Shown here in pieces: positions 1-10,486 of a stretch of DNA of 64,000 bases. Where the stretch lies: contig CAZTVZ010000002.1 in the NCBI GenBank assembly GCA_964617045.1, positions 76,095 to 140,094 of the forward strand, read 5' to 3'. Positions within the stretch are counted from its first letter, which is position 1; each line of letters begins with the position of its first letter. The notes under the pieces are model-generated. The model saw only the letters and a list, made by a program, of their open reading frames with translations, was not told the origin of the DNA and ran no database searches. The translations under genes and the position numbers were made by a program. This DNA comes from an uncultured Gammaproteobacteria bacterium. Its GTDB lineage: Bacteria; Patescibacteriota; Microgenomatia; UBA8517.

Positions 1-1311
1 TGGATAGTGTCGGCTGTTGTAAATTTTTTGGCTTATTTCAGTGATGTCGGGTTGGCCGCTGCTCTGATTCAAAAGAAAGAATCACCGACAAAAGACGATT
101 ACAGGACAACTTTTTTGGTTCAGCAAATACTTGTGTTGACATTACTTGCCCTCATTTTTATTGGTACTCCGTATATTGTAAAAATTTATAATCTTTCCGA
201 AGCTGGGAAAGTATTATTGTGGTCATTGGGTTTGTCATTATTTTTCTCCTCATTAAAAACTATTCCTTCAATAATGCTCGAGAGAAGATTGGAATTCAAT
301 AAACTTGTAATTCCACAGATAGTTGAAAATTTAATCTATAACCTGGTTGCGGTATTTTTGGCATGGAAAGGATTTGGTTTAACAAGTTTTACTATAGCAA
401 TACTTTTGAGAAGCATTGTGGGTCTTGTTATTATCTATATTCTTCAACCTTGGTTGCCTTGGTTTGCTTTATCGAAAGCTTCTTTGAAAAAACTTTTAAC
501 CTACGGTGTCCCTTATCAGGCAAACACGCTTTTGGCTACATTAAAAGACGACGCAATGACGGCTTTTTTGGGAACATCCCTGGGTTCAGCAGGGGTAGGG
601 TTTCTTGGTTGGGCACAAAAATGGGGACAATCACCGTTAAGATTCTTTATGGATCATGTTCTAAAAGTAACTTTCCCGGCATTTGCCAGAATGCAGGACA
701 ACAAAGAAGAACTAAGAAACTTTTTAACAAGATCAATATTCTTTATTTGTATATTGGTATTCCCAAGCATTATTGGCTTGGTCGTCGTTGCTCCGATTCT
801 GGTACAAATTATTCCCAAGTATGCAAAATGGGCTCCGGCACTTCTTCCCTTGGCTCTTGTTGCCATTAATACAATTTTTGCTGCGGTGACTACGCAATTG
901 ACCAATCTGTTAAATGCGATAGGGCAAATCAAAACGACATTCAAACTTATGGTGATGTGGACAGTTCTTACATGGCTTTTGGTTCCTTTTGCGGCAATTA
1001 GATATGGTGTAGTAGGTGTTGCCGCCGCATATTCCATAATCGGAGCAAGTTCTCTTATTGCAATATATATCGTAAGAAGAAAGGTATATTTTTCCCTTAT
1101 TGATTCTGCAGGTAAACCCCTGGCGGGAGCTGCCTTAATGGGAGTATTTGTTTGGGTACTCAGGAACTATCTTCCCGTAAGCATTTCTTCGGTAATTATC
1201 CTTATTTCATCTGGTCTATTGGTTTATCTTGGATCTATGTTTTTGATAGTAGGACCCGGTTTTATTCAAGACATCAAGAAAAGTTTTCGAACCCTGATGG
1301 CCAGGAAATAG
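1..1311 (+). CDS. Wzx/MOP-superfamily oligosaccharide flippase-like polytopic membrane protein (5' partial; ORF open to window edge)
   Basis: No start codon in window. The 434 aa seen are hydrophobic throughout with about 10-12 TM-like segments and the short-loop pattern of polysaccharide biosynthesis (Wzx) proteins. It is followed directly by GT genes. Confidence 0.55.
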   Translation, partial: WIVSAVVNFLAYFSDVGLAAALIQKKESPTKDDYRTTFLVQQILVLTLLALIFIGTPYIVKIYNLSEAGKVLLWSLGLSLFFSSLKTIPSIMLERRLEFNKLVIPQIVENLIYNLVAVFLAWKGFGLTSFTIAILLRSIVGLVIIYILQPWLPWFALSKASLKKLLTYGVPYQANTLLATLKDDAMTAFLGTSLGSAGVGFLGWAQKWGQSPLRFFMDHVLKVTFPAFARMQDNKEELRNFLTRSIFFICILVFPSIIGLVVVAPILVQIIPKYAKWAPALLPLALVAINTIFAAVTTQLTNLLNAIGQIKTTFKLMVMWTVLTWLLVPFAAIRYGVVGVAAAYSIIGASSLIAIYIVRRKVYFSLIDSAGKPLAGAALMGVFVWVLRNYLPVSISSVIILISSGLLVYLGSMFLIVGPGFIQDIKKSFRTLMARK

Positions 1312-1343
1312 GCAGAAGGGAATAATAGCTGTAAAATATACGT

Positions 1344-2252
1344 ATGAGTAAAATATCCGTTGTAATTAATACCCTGAACGAAGAAAAGAATATCAAAAAA
1401 GCAATTACATCTGTAAAAAGCTTTGCTGACGAAATTGTGGTTGTAGATATGCATTCCGGTGATAAAACGGTAGAGATAGTAAAAGAGATGGGGGCAAAAG
1501 TATATGACCACGAACCGGTAGGCTATGTCGAGCCGGCAAGAAATTTTGCCATTTCAAAAGCGGAAAGCGAATGGGTGTTTATCTTGGATGCCGATGAGGA
1601 AGCTTCCGAAGGATTAGCCAAGAAAATAAAAGAAATTGTAAAAGGAGATATTGGAGATTATTATAGAATCCCGAGAAAAAATATAAACTTTGGAAAGTGG
1701 ATCAAACACGCCAGATGGTGGCCAGACTACAACATCCGGTTATTCAGAAAAGGATGTGTGTCTTGGAATGAAGTCATTCATTCTGTCCCGATGACAACCG
1801 GTCAGGGATTTGAAATCCCTCCAGAAGAGAAGTATGCAATTGTTCATCACAATTATTCCAGTATTTCGGATTATATATCAAGGTTAAACAGATACACCGA
1901 TGTCCAATCGAAATTCTTGAGCAAGAATGGTTATAAATTTGAATGGAAAGATTTGATAGGCAAACCAGTCGGTGAATTTTTGGGGAGATATTTTTCGGGA
2001 GAAGGATATAAAGACGGGCTGCATGGGTTGGCACTATCTGTTTTGCAAGGATTTTCCGAATTTGTAACATATCTTAAAGTTTGGGAGCTTAACAAATTTG
2101 AAGAAAAAAATATTGACATCAAAAAACTGGAAGATGAAGTTCAAAAATCCCAAAAAGAAGTATTGTGGTGGATAAGAGACAGAAGAATCAGTTCCATGTC
2201 GATTATTCCCAAAATGCTGAATAAAATATTTAGAAAGGTAACAAATGGCTAA
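1344..2252 (+). CDS. Glycosyltransferase family 2 (WaaE/KdtX-like subfamily)
   Basis: ATG start. N-terminal 'ISVVINTLNEEKNI' GT2 signature, 'ILDADEE' DXD motif, C-terminal 'HARWWPDYNIRLFRK' motif. Paralog of 3164..3925 and 25988..26854. Confidence 0.75.
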   Translation: MSKISVVINTLNEEKNIKKAITSVKSFADEIVVVDMHSGDKTVEIVKEMGAKVYDHEPVGYVEPARNFAISKAESEWVFILDADEEASEGLAKKIKEIVKGDIGDYYRIPRKNINFGKWIKHARWWPDYNIRLFRKGCVSWNEVIHSVPMTTGQGFEIPPEEKYAIVHHNYSSISDYISRLNRYTDVQSKFLSKNGYKFEWKDLIGKPVGEFLGRYFSGEGYKDGLHGLALSVLQGFSEFVTYLKVWELNKFEEKNIDIKKLEDEVQKSQKEVLWWIRDRRISSMSIIPKMLNKIFRKVTNG

Positions 2253-3162
2253 CCCAAAAGTAAGCGTAATCATACTTAATTGGAACAGAAAAGACGATAC
2301 TGTCGAAACTCTGAAAAGTTTAAATAGAAGTAGTACGACAAATTACGAATTAAACATCATTGTTGTTGACAACGGTTCAACGGATGGGAGCATTGAAGCA
2401 TTCAACAAGATTACGAATATTAAATTTAGACTCATTTCCCTTGATACCAATACCGGTTTTGTTATGGGAAACAATATCGGAATTAAAGCTGCTCTTGAAG
2501 AAGAGGGTGCAGATTATGTACTTACTCTCAATGACGATACGTTGGTTGATAAAAACATGATCAAAAACATGATCAAGTATATTGAGGAAGATAAGTCTGT
2601 TGGCATTACCGTTCCAAAAATATATTTCGCACCAGGATTTGAGTTTAAAGATAAATATCCAAGAGGAGTATCCGGAAAGGTGATTTGGTATGCAGGAGGA
2701 AAAATTGATTGGGACAATGTATATGCAAGCAATTTTGGGGTAGATGATGTTGATAGAGGCCAGTATGACGAAAGAAAAGAAACGGATTTTGCAACTGGTT
2801 GTGCCCTTCTAATAAAAAGAAAAGTTTTGGAGAAAATTGGGATGTTTGATGAAAGATACTTTGCGTACATGGAGGATGTGGATCTTTCTCGAAGGGCTAT
2901 TAATGCAGGTTATAAAGTTGTCTACGTTCCTGAAGCATATATGTGGCACAAGGTATCGCAAAGTTCAGGAATCGGAAGCGAACTAAACGACTATTTTATT
3001 ACCAGGAACAGAATGATTTTTGGCCTTTCATATGCAAAACCAAGAACCAAATTTGCTCTATATCGAGAATCTTTGAAACTCCTTTTCTTCGGTAGAAAGT
3101 GGCAAAGAAGAGGAATACGTGATTATTATCTTCGAAAGTTCGGTAAAGGAAGTTGGAAATAG
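2245..3162 (+). CDS. Glycosyltransferase family 2 (rhamnosyltransferase/WbbL-like)
   Basis: 'VSVIILNWNRKDDTVETLKSL', 'IIVVDNGSTDGS', 'LNDDT' DXD-like and 'YMEDVDLSRRA' motifs typical of GT2 A-type transferases. 8-nt overlap with upstream gene. Confidence 0.75.
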   Translation: MANPKVSVIILNWNRKDDTVETLKSLNRSSTTNYELNIIVVDNGSTDGSIEAFNKITNIKFRLISLDTNTGFVMGNNIGIKAALEEEGADYVLTLNDDTLVDKNMIKNMIKYIEEDKSVGITVPKIYFAPGFEFKDKYPRGVSGKVIWYAGGKIDWDNVYASNFGVDDVDRGQYDERKETDFATGCALLIKRKVLEKIGMFDERYFAYMEDVDLSRRAINAGYKVVYVPEAYMWHKVSQSSGIGSELNDYFITRNRMIFGLSYAKPRTKFALYRESLKLLFFGRKWQRRGIRDYYLRKFGKGSWK

Positions 3163-3163
3163 A

Positions 3164-3925
3164 ATGTTAAAGATCTCCGCAATAATTCCTGCCAAGAATG
3201 AGGAAAAGATGATTGCAGGTGCAATCAAATCTCTGCTATGGTGTGACGAAATCATCGTCGTTGACAACGGATCAACGGATGACACGATAACAATCGCCAA
3301 GAAAATGGGAGCAAAGGTTATCGAATGTGAATCAAAAGAAATCGATTTTAGTAAGCCTCGAAATATGGGAGCGAAAGAGGCAAGCGGAGATTGGCTTTTA
3401 TATGTTGATGCTGACGAAAGGGCAACAGAAGAATTGCGCGTCGAGATTGAAAAAGCAATTGAGAGTTCGGTCTTAAATGCGTATTCTCTTCCCAGACAAA
3501 ACAATTTTCTTGGACACGATATGAGATATGGTGGGTGGTGGCCGGACAGGGTCATGAGATTGATAAGAAAAGAGTCGCTAACAAGATGGGAAGGGAAACT
3601 TCACGAACAACCCGTCATCAAAGGAGATAAAGGTGAACTGGCAACACCTCTTTATCATATAACCCACAGGAGCCTTTCCGAAATGATTGAAAAGACCAAC
3701 AAATGGTCAGTTGTGGAAGCAAAACTGTTGTTTGAATCAAATCATCCTCCAATGACTTGGTGGAGATTTTTATCGGCAGGTTTTCGAGAATTTTGGTTTA
3801 GAGGAATTCGCAAATTAGGATTTTTAGATGGCCCTGTAGGAATTATTGAAATCTTTTTTCAAACGTTTTCAAGGATGATAACATATGCGAAACTTTGGGA
3901 AATGCAAATACAGAAAAATAAATGA
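3164..3925 (+). CDS. Glycosyltransferase family 2 (WaaE-like)
   Basis: The ORF track starts at a GTG (3119). I prefer the ATG at 3164, 2 nt after the upstream stop and with AGGAAG upstream. 'ISAIIPAKNEEKMI', 'IIVVDNGSTDDT', 'YVDADER', 'GGWWPDRVMRLIRK'. Confidence 0.7.
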   Translation: MLKISAIIPAKNEEKMIAGAIKSLLWCDEIIVVDNGSTDDTITIAKKMGAKVIECESKEIDFSKPRNMGAKEASGDWLLYVDADERATEELRVEIEKAIESSVLNAYSLPRQNNFLGHDMRYGGWWPDRVMRLIRKESLTRWEGKLHEQPVIKGDKGELATPLYHITHRSLSEMIEKTNKWSVVEAKLLFESNHPPMTWWRFLSAGFREFWFRGIRKLGFLDGPVGIIEIFFQTFSRMITYAKLWEMQIQKNK

Positions 3926-4941
3926 GAGCAGCAATTGTAAATCCATATTTTGACACCCTAGGAGGAGGAGAAAGATACACATTGGCGGTTGCCACAACCT
4001 TAAGAGATGAAGGATATAACGTTTCCCTTGAATGGAAAGATGAAAGTATAAAAAAGAAACTGGAAGAAAGATTTGGGATAGATTTAACTGGTATCCAGAT
4101 TGTCGATGATGTTAAAAGAGGAGACGGATATGATGTTTGTTTCTGGGTTTCTGACGGAAGCATTCCAACCCTTAAGGCAAGGAAAAACATTCTTCATTTT
4201 CAGGTACCGTTCCACGATGTAAACGGAAAAACACTTATCAATAAAATGAAGTTATTCAGGATAAACAAGGTGATATGTAATTCTCATTTCACTAAAAAAG
4301 TAATTGACGAAGAATTTGGAATATCAAGCGAAGTTGTTTATCCTCCGGTATCTGTAGGAACAATAAAACCGAAGAGAAAAGAAAACATAATCTTATTTGT
4401 TGGTAGATTTTCTCAACTGAAGCAATCCAAAAATCAAGATATATTAGTTGCGGCGTTTCGAAAGTTTTACAACAAGGATCATAAAGAATGGAAAATGGTT
4501 CTATGCGGAGGAACCGAAGTTGGAGGGAAAGAATATTTGGAAGAATTGAAAAAAGAAGCAAAATGTTTTCCGATTGAATTTGTCGAGAATCCTCCTTTTA
4601 AAGTAGTTGCAGATTTATATGGAAGAGCAAAAATTTTTTGGTCGGCAGTTGGATATGGTGCAAAACCCAGTGAGCCGGAAAAGGTAGAGCACTTCGGTAT
4701 TACAGTCGTTGAAGCGATGGCCGCAGGAGCAACACCGGTTGTATATGATGCGGGTGGATATAAAGAATCTGTCGAAAACGGAGTAAACGGATATAGATGG
4801 AACAAAGTATCAGAGCTAATAAAGTTAACAGAAAAAATAATTGATAAAAAAGAATACGTAAAAATGTCAAAAGCAGGAGCGGAGAAAAGTAAGAAATATT
4901 CATATCAAGAATTCTCCAACGAATTTAAAAAATATCTGTAA
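3922..4941 (+). CDS. Glycosyltransferase family 4 (GT-B, retaining)
   Basis: ATGA overlap with upstream gene. C-terminal 'FGITVVEAMAAGATPVVYDAGG' E-x7-E GT4 motif. Confidence 0.7.
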   Translation: MRAAIVNPYFDTLGGGERYTLAVATTLRDEGYNVSLEWKDESIKKKLEERFGIDLTGIQIVDDVKRGDGYDVCFWVSDGSIPTLKARKNILHFQVPFHDVNGKTLINKMKLFRINKVICNSHFTKKVIDEEFGISSEVVYPPVSVGTIKPKRKENIILFVGRFSQLKQSKNQDILVAAFRKFYNKDHKEWKMVLCGGTEVGGKEYLEELKKEAKCFPIEFVENPPFKVVADLYGRAKIFWSAVGYGAKPSEPEKVEHFGITVVEAMAAGATPVVYDAGGYKESVENGVNGYRWNKVSELIKLTEKIIDKKEYVKMSKAGAEKSKKYSYQEFSNEFKKYL

Positions 4942-6458
4942 TGATAAATAGGAAAAACTTAATTACTACCGCATTTCTCATTCTTATATTTGGATTATCT
5001 GTTCTTTTGAGAATGCTTTTTGTTAAATACGGTTCGATATTATTTAGTTATGATCAGGCACGAGACGCCTTCATGGCAAAAGAAATAATTGCAGGAGATT
5101 TGAAAATAATGGGACCACCGGCGTCTATTTTACAAGGACTAAGTCACGGAGTAATTTGGTATTATCTTCTTGCAATATTTTATTCGATTGGACAAGGAAG
5201 TCCTATTGTGGCGGCTTATTCTTACGGGGTAGTTGTTTCTTTGTCGATTTTTTCAATATTCCTTTTGAGTAAAACATTATCCGGTAATGGCAAAATCGGA
5301 TTGGTATCAGCTTTGCTCTGGGCTGTATCTTTTGAAGGAATTCAATATTCAACATGGCTTTCAAATCCTTCGTTGGCATTTATTTTTACCCCCTTAATAT
5401 ATTTGTTTTTATGGTTATGGATAGAAAAGAAAAAATCCATTTATGCACTTGCAGCGGGAATCTTTCTTGGATTATCCGTTCAGGCGAATTTATTTTTAAT
5501 ATATCATTTAATTTCGATAGCAATACTCCTTCTTATTAATAGGGTAAAAATATTATCGAAGCATTCACTTCTATTTGTTGTCGCATTTTTGGTATCAATA
5601 TCAACTTTAATACTGGAGCAGATTAAATTCGGTTTTGCCGGAATCAAAGGAGTTGTGTTCCTTCTGTCCGGAACGGACAAATTCGTGAGTTCAACAGGAT
5701 TTGGTGACTTTTTGATTAATTATTTAAACCAGATTGGGACAGTATTTTCGAATAATCTTTTTCCATATAATCACGCTTTTGGTGGATTGTTGGGAACTAT
5801 TGTTGTTGTATTGACAATTAAGAAATTAATTCAAGACGAGAAAAGGCATAATTGGACCCTCTATATTCTTGTCTTTATGTTTTCTCAAATAATTATTTCA
5901 ATGTTTGGGGGAATGAGCACTCCGTATATCGGAGTTGGTTTGGGTGTGGCAATAATTATTTTAACGACCAACTTAATATTTTCGATCAAATCGTCTGTCG
6001 TTAAAATTCTGACTATTCTGTTTTTTGTATGCATTGGAATATCAACTGTATTTACAAAAGCCGATAAAAGTATTTTTGCAATTCAGGAAGAAATGCGAAT
6101 AGACATAACCCAAGAACTGATTGATTATACTTATCAGGAAAGTAATGGAGAGAAGTTTTCAATTAATACGGTTACGGCTCCCTTGTGGGTTAATACAACC
6201 TGGTCGTATTTATACAAATGGTATGGAATGGAAAAATACGGATATTTACCCAATTTTATTGGAAGAGATCAAATTGGACAAATTGATCAGCTCGGTAGCG
6301 GAAAGCCGGAAAAAACAATATACCTCATTATCGAACCAAGTATTGCCATCCCACAAAGATATATAGATGCTACAATTGCTGAAGAAAATGCGAGATCAAA
6401 AGTTCTTGAAGAGAAAAATTGGAAAACACTTATCGTTCAAAAAAGAATATTAAAATGA
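4941..6458 (+). CDS. Polytopic membrane protein, ArnT/GT-C-like putative glycosyltransferase
   Basis: TAATG overlap. About 11 TM segments. First-loop motif 'SYDQARDAFMAKEIIAGDL' resembles the DExRYAxI motif of ArnT/GT83-type GT-C enzymes. Soluble C-terminal domain. Confidence 0.45.
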   Translation: MINRKNLITTAFLILIFGLSVLLRMLFVKYGSILFSYDQARDAFMAKEIIAGDLKIMGPPASILQGLSHGVIWYYLLAIFYSIGQGSPIVAAYSYGVVVSLSIFSIFLLSKTLSGNGKIGLVSALLWAVSFEGIQYSTWLSNPSLAFIFTPLIYLFLWLWIEKKKSIYALAAGIFLGLSVQANLFLIYHLISIAILLLINRVKILSKHSLLFVVAFLVSISTLILEQIKFGFAGIKGVVFLLSGTDKFVSSTGFGDFLINYLNQIGTVFSNNLFPYNHAFGGLLGTIVVVLTIKKLIQDEKRHNWTLYILVFMFSQIIISMFGGMSTPYIGVGLGVAIIILTTNLIFSIKSSVVKILTILFFVCIGISTVFTKADKSIFAIQEEMRIDITQELIDYTYQESNGEKFSINTVTAPLWVNTTWSYLYKWYGMEKYGYLPNFIGRDQIGQIDQLGSGKPEKTIYLIIEPSIAIPQRYIDATIAEENARSKVLEEKNWKTLIVQKRILK

Positions 6459-7105
6459 AACAAATATCCAAAACTGCAGAGGAACTACACGAACAAGTAC
6501 CAGCAAACTGGTATTATGAGTCTTTAAAAGTTGATCCTTTTCAAAGGTATTGGCACAAAAGAAGATTTGATGAAGTATCAAAAGTGATTAGTCCGGTTAA
6601 AGGAGAAATTCTTGATATTGGAAGTGCCGACGGAATGTTCTCCAAAGTGATACTTGATAAAACCGGTGCGAAAAAATTAATCGGTATCGATGTTCTCAAA
6701 AAATCTGTTGATTGGGCAAATAAACATTGGAAAAAATATCCGATGAAATTTATGGTTGGTGATGCACACAAGTTAAGTTTTAGATCAGGAACCTTTGATG
6801 CGGTTTTTGCATTAGAAGTATTAGAGCATGTTCATAAACCGGTTGAAGTTTTTAAAGAAATAAAAAGAATTCTCAAAAAGAACGGATACGGAATGTTTTT
6901 AGTTCCTTCGGATAATTTTCTTTTTAGAACAATTTGGTGGTTATGGTTACATTTTTACCCCAGAGGATGGGTATGGAAAGAAACGCACATACAAACGTAC
7001 AGAAATAATTATTTGACGAAGGTATGTAAGAAGTCCGGTTTCAAAATTGAAGAGGATAAGAAATTTATTTTGGGTATGTTACATTTAGTAAAGGTTAGAA
7101 AATAA
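6455..7105 (+). CDS. Class I SAM-dependent methyltransferase
   Basis: ATG at 6455 (ATGA overlap; the track's TTG at 6419 is less likely). Motif I 'ILDIGSADGMFS', motif post-I 'LIGIDV', 'FDAVFALEVLEHV'. Confidence 0.7.
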   Translation: MKQISKTAEELHEQVPANWYYESLKVDPFQRYWHKRRFDEVSKVISPVKGEILDIGSADGMFSKVILDKTGAKKLIGIDVLKKSVDWANKHWKKYPMKFMVGDAHKLSFRSGTFDAVFALEVLEHVHKPVEVFKEIKRILKKNGYGMFLVPSDNFLFRTIWWLWLHFYPRGWVWKETHIQTYRNNYLTKVCKKSGFKIEEDKKFILGMLHLVKVRK

Positions 7106-7996
7106 ATGGAAGTATCTATAGTAATACCAAATTATAATGGTAAAGAAATAATCGAGAAGAATTTGCCTCACGTATTAAAAGCAAAAAAATATTTGGGTAA
7201 TAATATCAAGGAAATAATCATTGTTGACGACGGATCGTATGACGACAGTGTAAATTTTATTAAAAAAAGTTTTCCCGAAATCAGATTAATCGTTCACAAA
7301 AAAAATAGAGGTTTTTCTTGTGCTGTTAACACCGGTGCCAGGATGTGTAAAGGGGATCTGATCTGCTTACTAAATTCCGATGTTGTTCCCGAAGAGAAAT
7401 TCTTGGTGAATTCATTGCCTCATTTTAAAGACAAAAAGGTTTTTGCCGTATCACTAAGGGAGAGAGGTTATTCGTGGGCAACAGGCAACTTTCTTAACGG
7501 TTATCTGCACCATGAACAAGGTACGGTTTCCGACAAGACACACTATTCTTTGTGGGCAAGTGGGGGGAGCGCCTTGTTTAGAAGATCAACATGGATGGAG
7601 CTCGGAGGAATGGACGAAAAGGTATTTTCTCCGTTTTACTGGGAGGACATCGATTTATCATATCGGGCAACCAAAAGGGGATATGATGTTTTGTGGGAAC
7701 CGGGATCGGTTGTCGATCACAAACACGAATCCACCGTAAGTAAATTGTCCAAGAAATATGTACAACGAATAAGGGAAAGAAACGAACTTTTGTTTATTTG
7801 GAAAAATATTCATAGTAAGAAATTCATCAGAAATCATATAGGAGCCTTACTTAAAAGGATTATTAAACATCCGGGATATTTGGTTATTTTTGTAATGGCC
7901 TTATCGAAGTTGGGAATTGCCTTGAAAGCAAGGAAGAAAGAAATTAAAGAATCAAAACTTTCCGATGAAGCAGTGTTTCAAAGAGTAACAGCATGA
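7106..7996 (+). CDS. Glycosyltransferase family 2
   Basis: 'VSIVIPNYNGKEII', 'IIIVDDGSYDDS', 'LNSDV', 'YWEDIDLSYRA'. Confidence 0.7.
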   Translation: MEVSIVIPNYNGKEIIEKNLPHVLKAKKYLGNNIKEIIIVDDGSYDDSVNFIKKSFPEIRLIVHKKNRGFSCAVNTGARMCKGDLICLLNSDVVPEEKFLVNSLPHFKDKKVFAVSLRERGYSWATGNFLNGYLHHEQGTVSDKTHYSLWASGGSALFRRSTWMELGGMDEKVFSPFYWEDIDLSYRATKRGYDVLWEPGSVVDHKHESTVSKLSKKYVQRIRERNELLFIWKNIHSKKFIRNHIGALLKRIIKHPGYLVIFVMALSKLGIALKARKKEIKESKLSDEAVFQRVTA

Positions 7997-8817
7997 AACC
8001 ATCAATATCAATTGTTATCGTTAATTACAACACAAAGGATTTGATTGTTGATTGCATCAATTCTATTAAGAAAGACGGTCCCAACGATGCTGAAATAATT
8101 GTGGTGGACAACAATTCAACTGATGGTTCCGTTGAAGCAATCAATAAACTAAAGGGTATAAAAACAATTTTCAACGATAATAATACCGGTTTTGCATTTG
8201 CCAATAATCAAGGAATAAAAATTGCCAAAGGCAAATATGTATTTCTTCTAAACTCTGATACTTACCTTACAAAAGGAGCACTGGAAGATTTGATGAAATT
8301 TGCAGACGAACACGATGATGCGGGTGTCGTTGGTCCCAGACTCCTTAATATTGATAAATCCTTGCAGTATTCATGTTTTCGTTTTCCGACAATTACCAAT
8401 GCTATTAAACAATATTGGTTTGGGGAAAAAGGGCTTTTTGACAAATATGTTCCGGGACTGGATAAACCTTACGAGGTGGATGCTGTTGTCGGCGCGGCTT
8501 TTTTGATGACTCCCAAAGCTCTCGAAAAAGTAGGGGGGTTAGATGAAAGATATTTCTTCTATTTTGAAGACTTGGCTTACTGTAAAAGAGTTCACGAAAA
8601 AGGTTTGAAAGTGTACTATTATCCTAAGCCAAAAATTGTTCACTATCACGGGGCTAGTATTAAAAAAGTAGAAACAGAAGATGCGGGAAGATGGAAGAGA
8701 ATGATCCCTTCCAGTAAGATTTACCACGGCCTCTTCAAGCATTACCTTTTAACCTTTATAATGTTACTAGGCCAGAAATGGTCTAAGTTATATGAAGTTT
8801 TTAAGAAAAATTCGTAA
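7993..8817 (+). CDS. Glycosyltransferase family 2 (rhamnosyltransferase-like)
   Basis: ATGA overlap. 'ISIVIVNYNTKDLIVDCINSI', 'IIVVDNNSTDGS', 'LNSDT', 'YFEDLAYCKR'. Confidence 0.75.
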   Translation: MKPSISIVIVNYNTKDLIVDCINSIKKDGPNDAEIIVVDNNSTDGSVEAINKLKGIKTIFNDNNTGFAFANNQGIKIAKGKYVFLLNSDTYLTKGALEDLMKFADEHDDAGVVGPRLLNIDKSLQYSCFRFPTITNAIKQYWFGEKGLFDKYVPGLDKPYEVDAVVGAAFLMTPKALEKVGGLDERYFFYFEDLAYCKRVHEKGLKVYYYPKPKIVHYHGASIKKVETEDAGRWKRMIPSSKIYHGLFKHYLLTFIMLLGQKWSKLYEVFKKNS

Positions 8818-10486
8818 AGATCTCCCGTATCTGTTTTTTATCCTGCTGTTGACACTTCCGGTATTCATTCGCTTAATAAGACCCGGCTATTTTGTGATGC
8901 AGGATGATCTGCAGGCATTTAGAACCCAGCAGATGGATAAGTGTTTTGAAGATAAGCAATTGCCTTGCAGGTGGGTTCCTGATGCGGGATACCAATACGG
9001 TTATCCTCAGTTTAATTATTATCCGCCATCCGTATATTACTTTAGTGCTTTACTTCATAGAGCGGGTTTCCAGTATATAGATGCAGTTAAGGCAATGTTT
9101 GTGTTGGGATACGTAGTGTCTGCAATTACGATGTATCTATTGGCAAGTTCGGTTTTTAAAAACAGATGGATAGGGTTTGTTTCTTCTCTTTTATATACTT
9201 ATATTCCCTACAAGGCCGTGGAGGTATATGTCAGAGGAGCCTTAAACGAATTTTGGGCTCTTTCCTTTTTCCCGCTTGTTCTTTGGGCATCATATAGATT
9301 AATAAAAAAGGACAAGAAAAAATATCTTCTCTGGTTATCTATTGCCATTGCACTTCTTTTGACGACACACTCACTAACGGCCATGATTTTTATTCCGTTT
9401 GCCGCAGTCTGGGTATTCTTTTGGATATTTCGATTTAAAAAAGAAGTATTCAATAAAAAATTGATTGCCTCCTTGCTTCTAGGTTTTGGTTTATCTGCTT
9501 TTTTTGTATTACCGATGATGTTGGAAAAACAGTATGTTCATGTAGATTCGGTTCTTTCTGGATATTTTGATTACAGGCAACACTTTGTATCACTATATAA
9601 ATTGTTTATCTCGAGAGAATGGGGATACGGTTCTTCAGGATTTCCCAACGAACTTCTTAACCTGTCGGTTGGTGTCGTTCAGTGGGGAGCTGGAATACTT
9701 GCAGTAATCGTAAGCATTCTAAACTTCAAAAAGAAAAACAAATCATATGCCTATCTCGGAATTACGTTGGGTCTAATGACGATTTTCTCCTTGTTCATGA
9801 TTCATATGAAATCCAGTTTTATTTGGACAATGCTACCATTTCTTAAATGGTTGCAATTCCCTTGGAGATTTCTTTCTATTTCAATTGTCTTACTTCCTGT
9901 GTTGGTCGGTGTTTTATTGCATTACACCGGCAAAGCAAAATACGTTATCGGTTCACTGCTTGTTGTCGGAGCAATATTGCTGAATATTCAATTTTTTAAA
10001 GAAAAAGAATGGTTAAACATTACGGATCAGGGCAAATTCTCCGGTCAATATTGGGAAAAACAACTGACAATAAGTATTTTTGATTATCTTCCAATATATG
10101 CGACTCTTCCTCCTGTGGAAAAAGCTCCCGCAGAGCCGGAAGTTTTGGAGGGTGTAGCCAAATTTGAGAATTACGAAAAAGGATCAAATTGGCAAAAAGG
10201 AAAAGTAAAAGTTGAAACCGAAAAGGCCCTTTTGAGAGCTCCGATATACGATTTTCCGGGAATGACTGTTTCTTCATCGGAAAAAATTGTTAAACATATA
10301 AATAATGACTGTCGGGGACAAGAGTTTTGTTTAGGGCTGGTAACTTTTGAACTTGAAAACGGAGACCATGATATTAAAATCGAACTAAAAGATACTCCGA
10401 TAAGAACAATCGGAAATTATTTATCGATATTTTCTGTTTTGTACCTTATTTTCCTTATACTTAAGAGAAATGATGACTTTAATTAA
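8792..10486 (+). CDS. Unclassified GT-C-like polytopic membrane protein (module copy 1 of 3)
   Basis: N-terminal TM then loop 'MQDDLQAFR...QLPCRWVPDAGYQYGYPQFNYYPPSVYY', 'YKAVEVYVRGALNEFWAL', 'REWGYGSSG', 'LQFPWRFLS'. About 12 TM segments, soluble C-terminal domain and a terminal TM anchor. Family uncertain (YfhO- or PTPS-related-like?). Confidence 0.45.
   Translation: MKFLRKIRKDLPYLFFILLLTLPVFIRLIRPGYFVMQDDLQAFRTQQMDKCFEDKQLPCRWVPDAGYQYGYPQFNYYPPSVYYFSALLHRAGFQYIDAVKAMFVLGYVVSAITMYLLASSVFKNRWIGFVSSLLYTYIPYKAVEVYVRGALNEFWALSFFPLVLWASYRLIKKDKKKYLLWLSIAIALLLTTHSLTAMIFIPFAAVWVFFWIFRFKKEVFNKKLIASLLLGFGLSAFFVLPMMLEKQYVHVDSVLSGYFDYRQHFVSLYKLFISREWGYGSSGFPNELLNLSVGVVQWGAGILAVIVSILNFKKKNKSYAYLGITLGLMTIFSLFMIHMKSSFIWTMLPFLKWLQFPWRFLSISIVLLPVLVGVLLHYTGKAKYVIGSLLVVGAILLNIQFFKEKEWLNITDQGKFSGQYWEKQLTISIFDYLPIYATLPPVEKAPAEPEVLEGVAKFENYEKGSNWQKGKVKVETEKALLRAPIYDFPGMTVSSSEKIVKHINNDCRGQEFCLGLVTFELENGDHDIKIELKDTPIRTIGNYLSIFSVLYLIFLILKRNDDFN

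Noticed and set aside
363-869. Alternative-frame + strand ORFs inside real genes (for example 363..869, 7512..7739, 49049..49345, 51112..51465)
   Set aside because: They are out of frame with conserved GT or flippase reading frames, and their products (Cys/Arg-rich) look like no protein family.
7298-7305. A7-A8 homopolymers inside coding regions (for example 7298..7305, 2104..2110) as possible phase-variation tracts
   Set aside because: A/T runs of this length are expected by composition in DNA of about 33% GC and usually encode Lys-Lys. Only the G9 tract (and marginally G7) stands out against the base composition.
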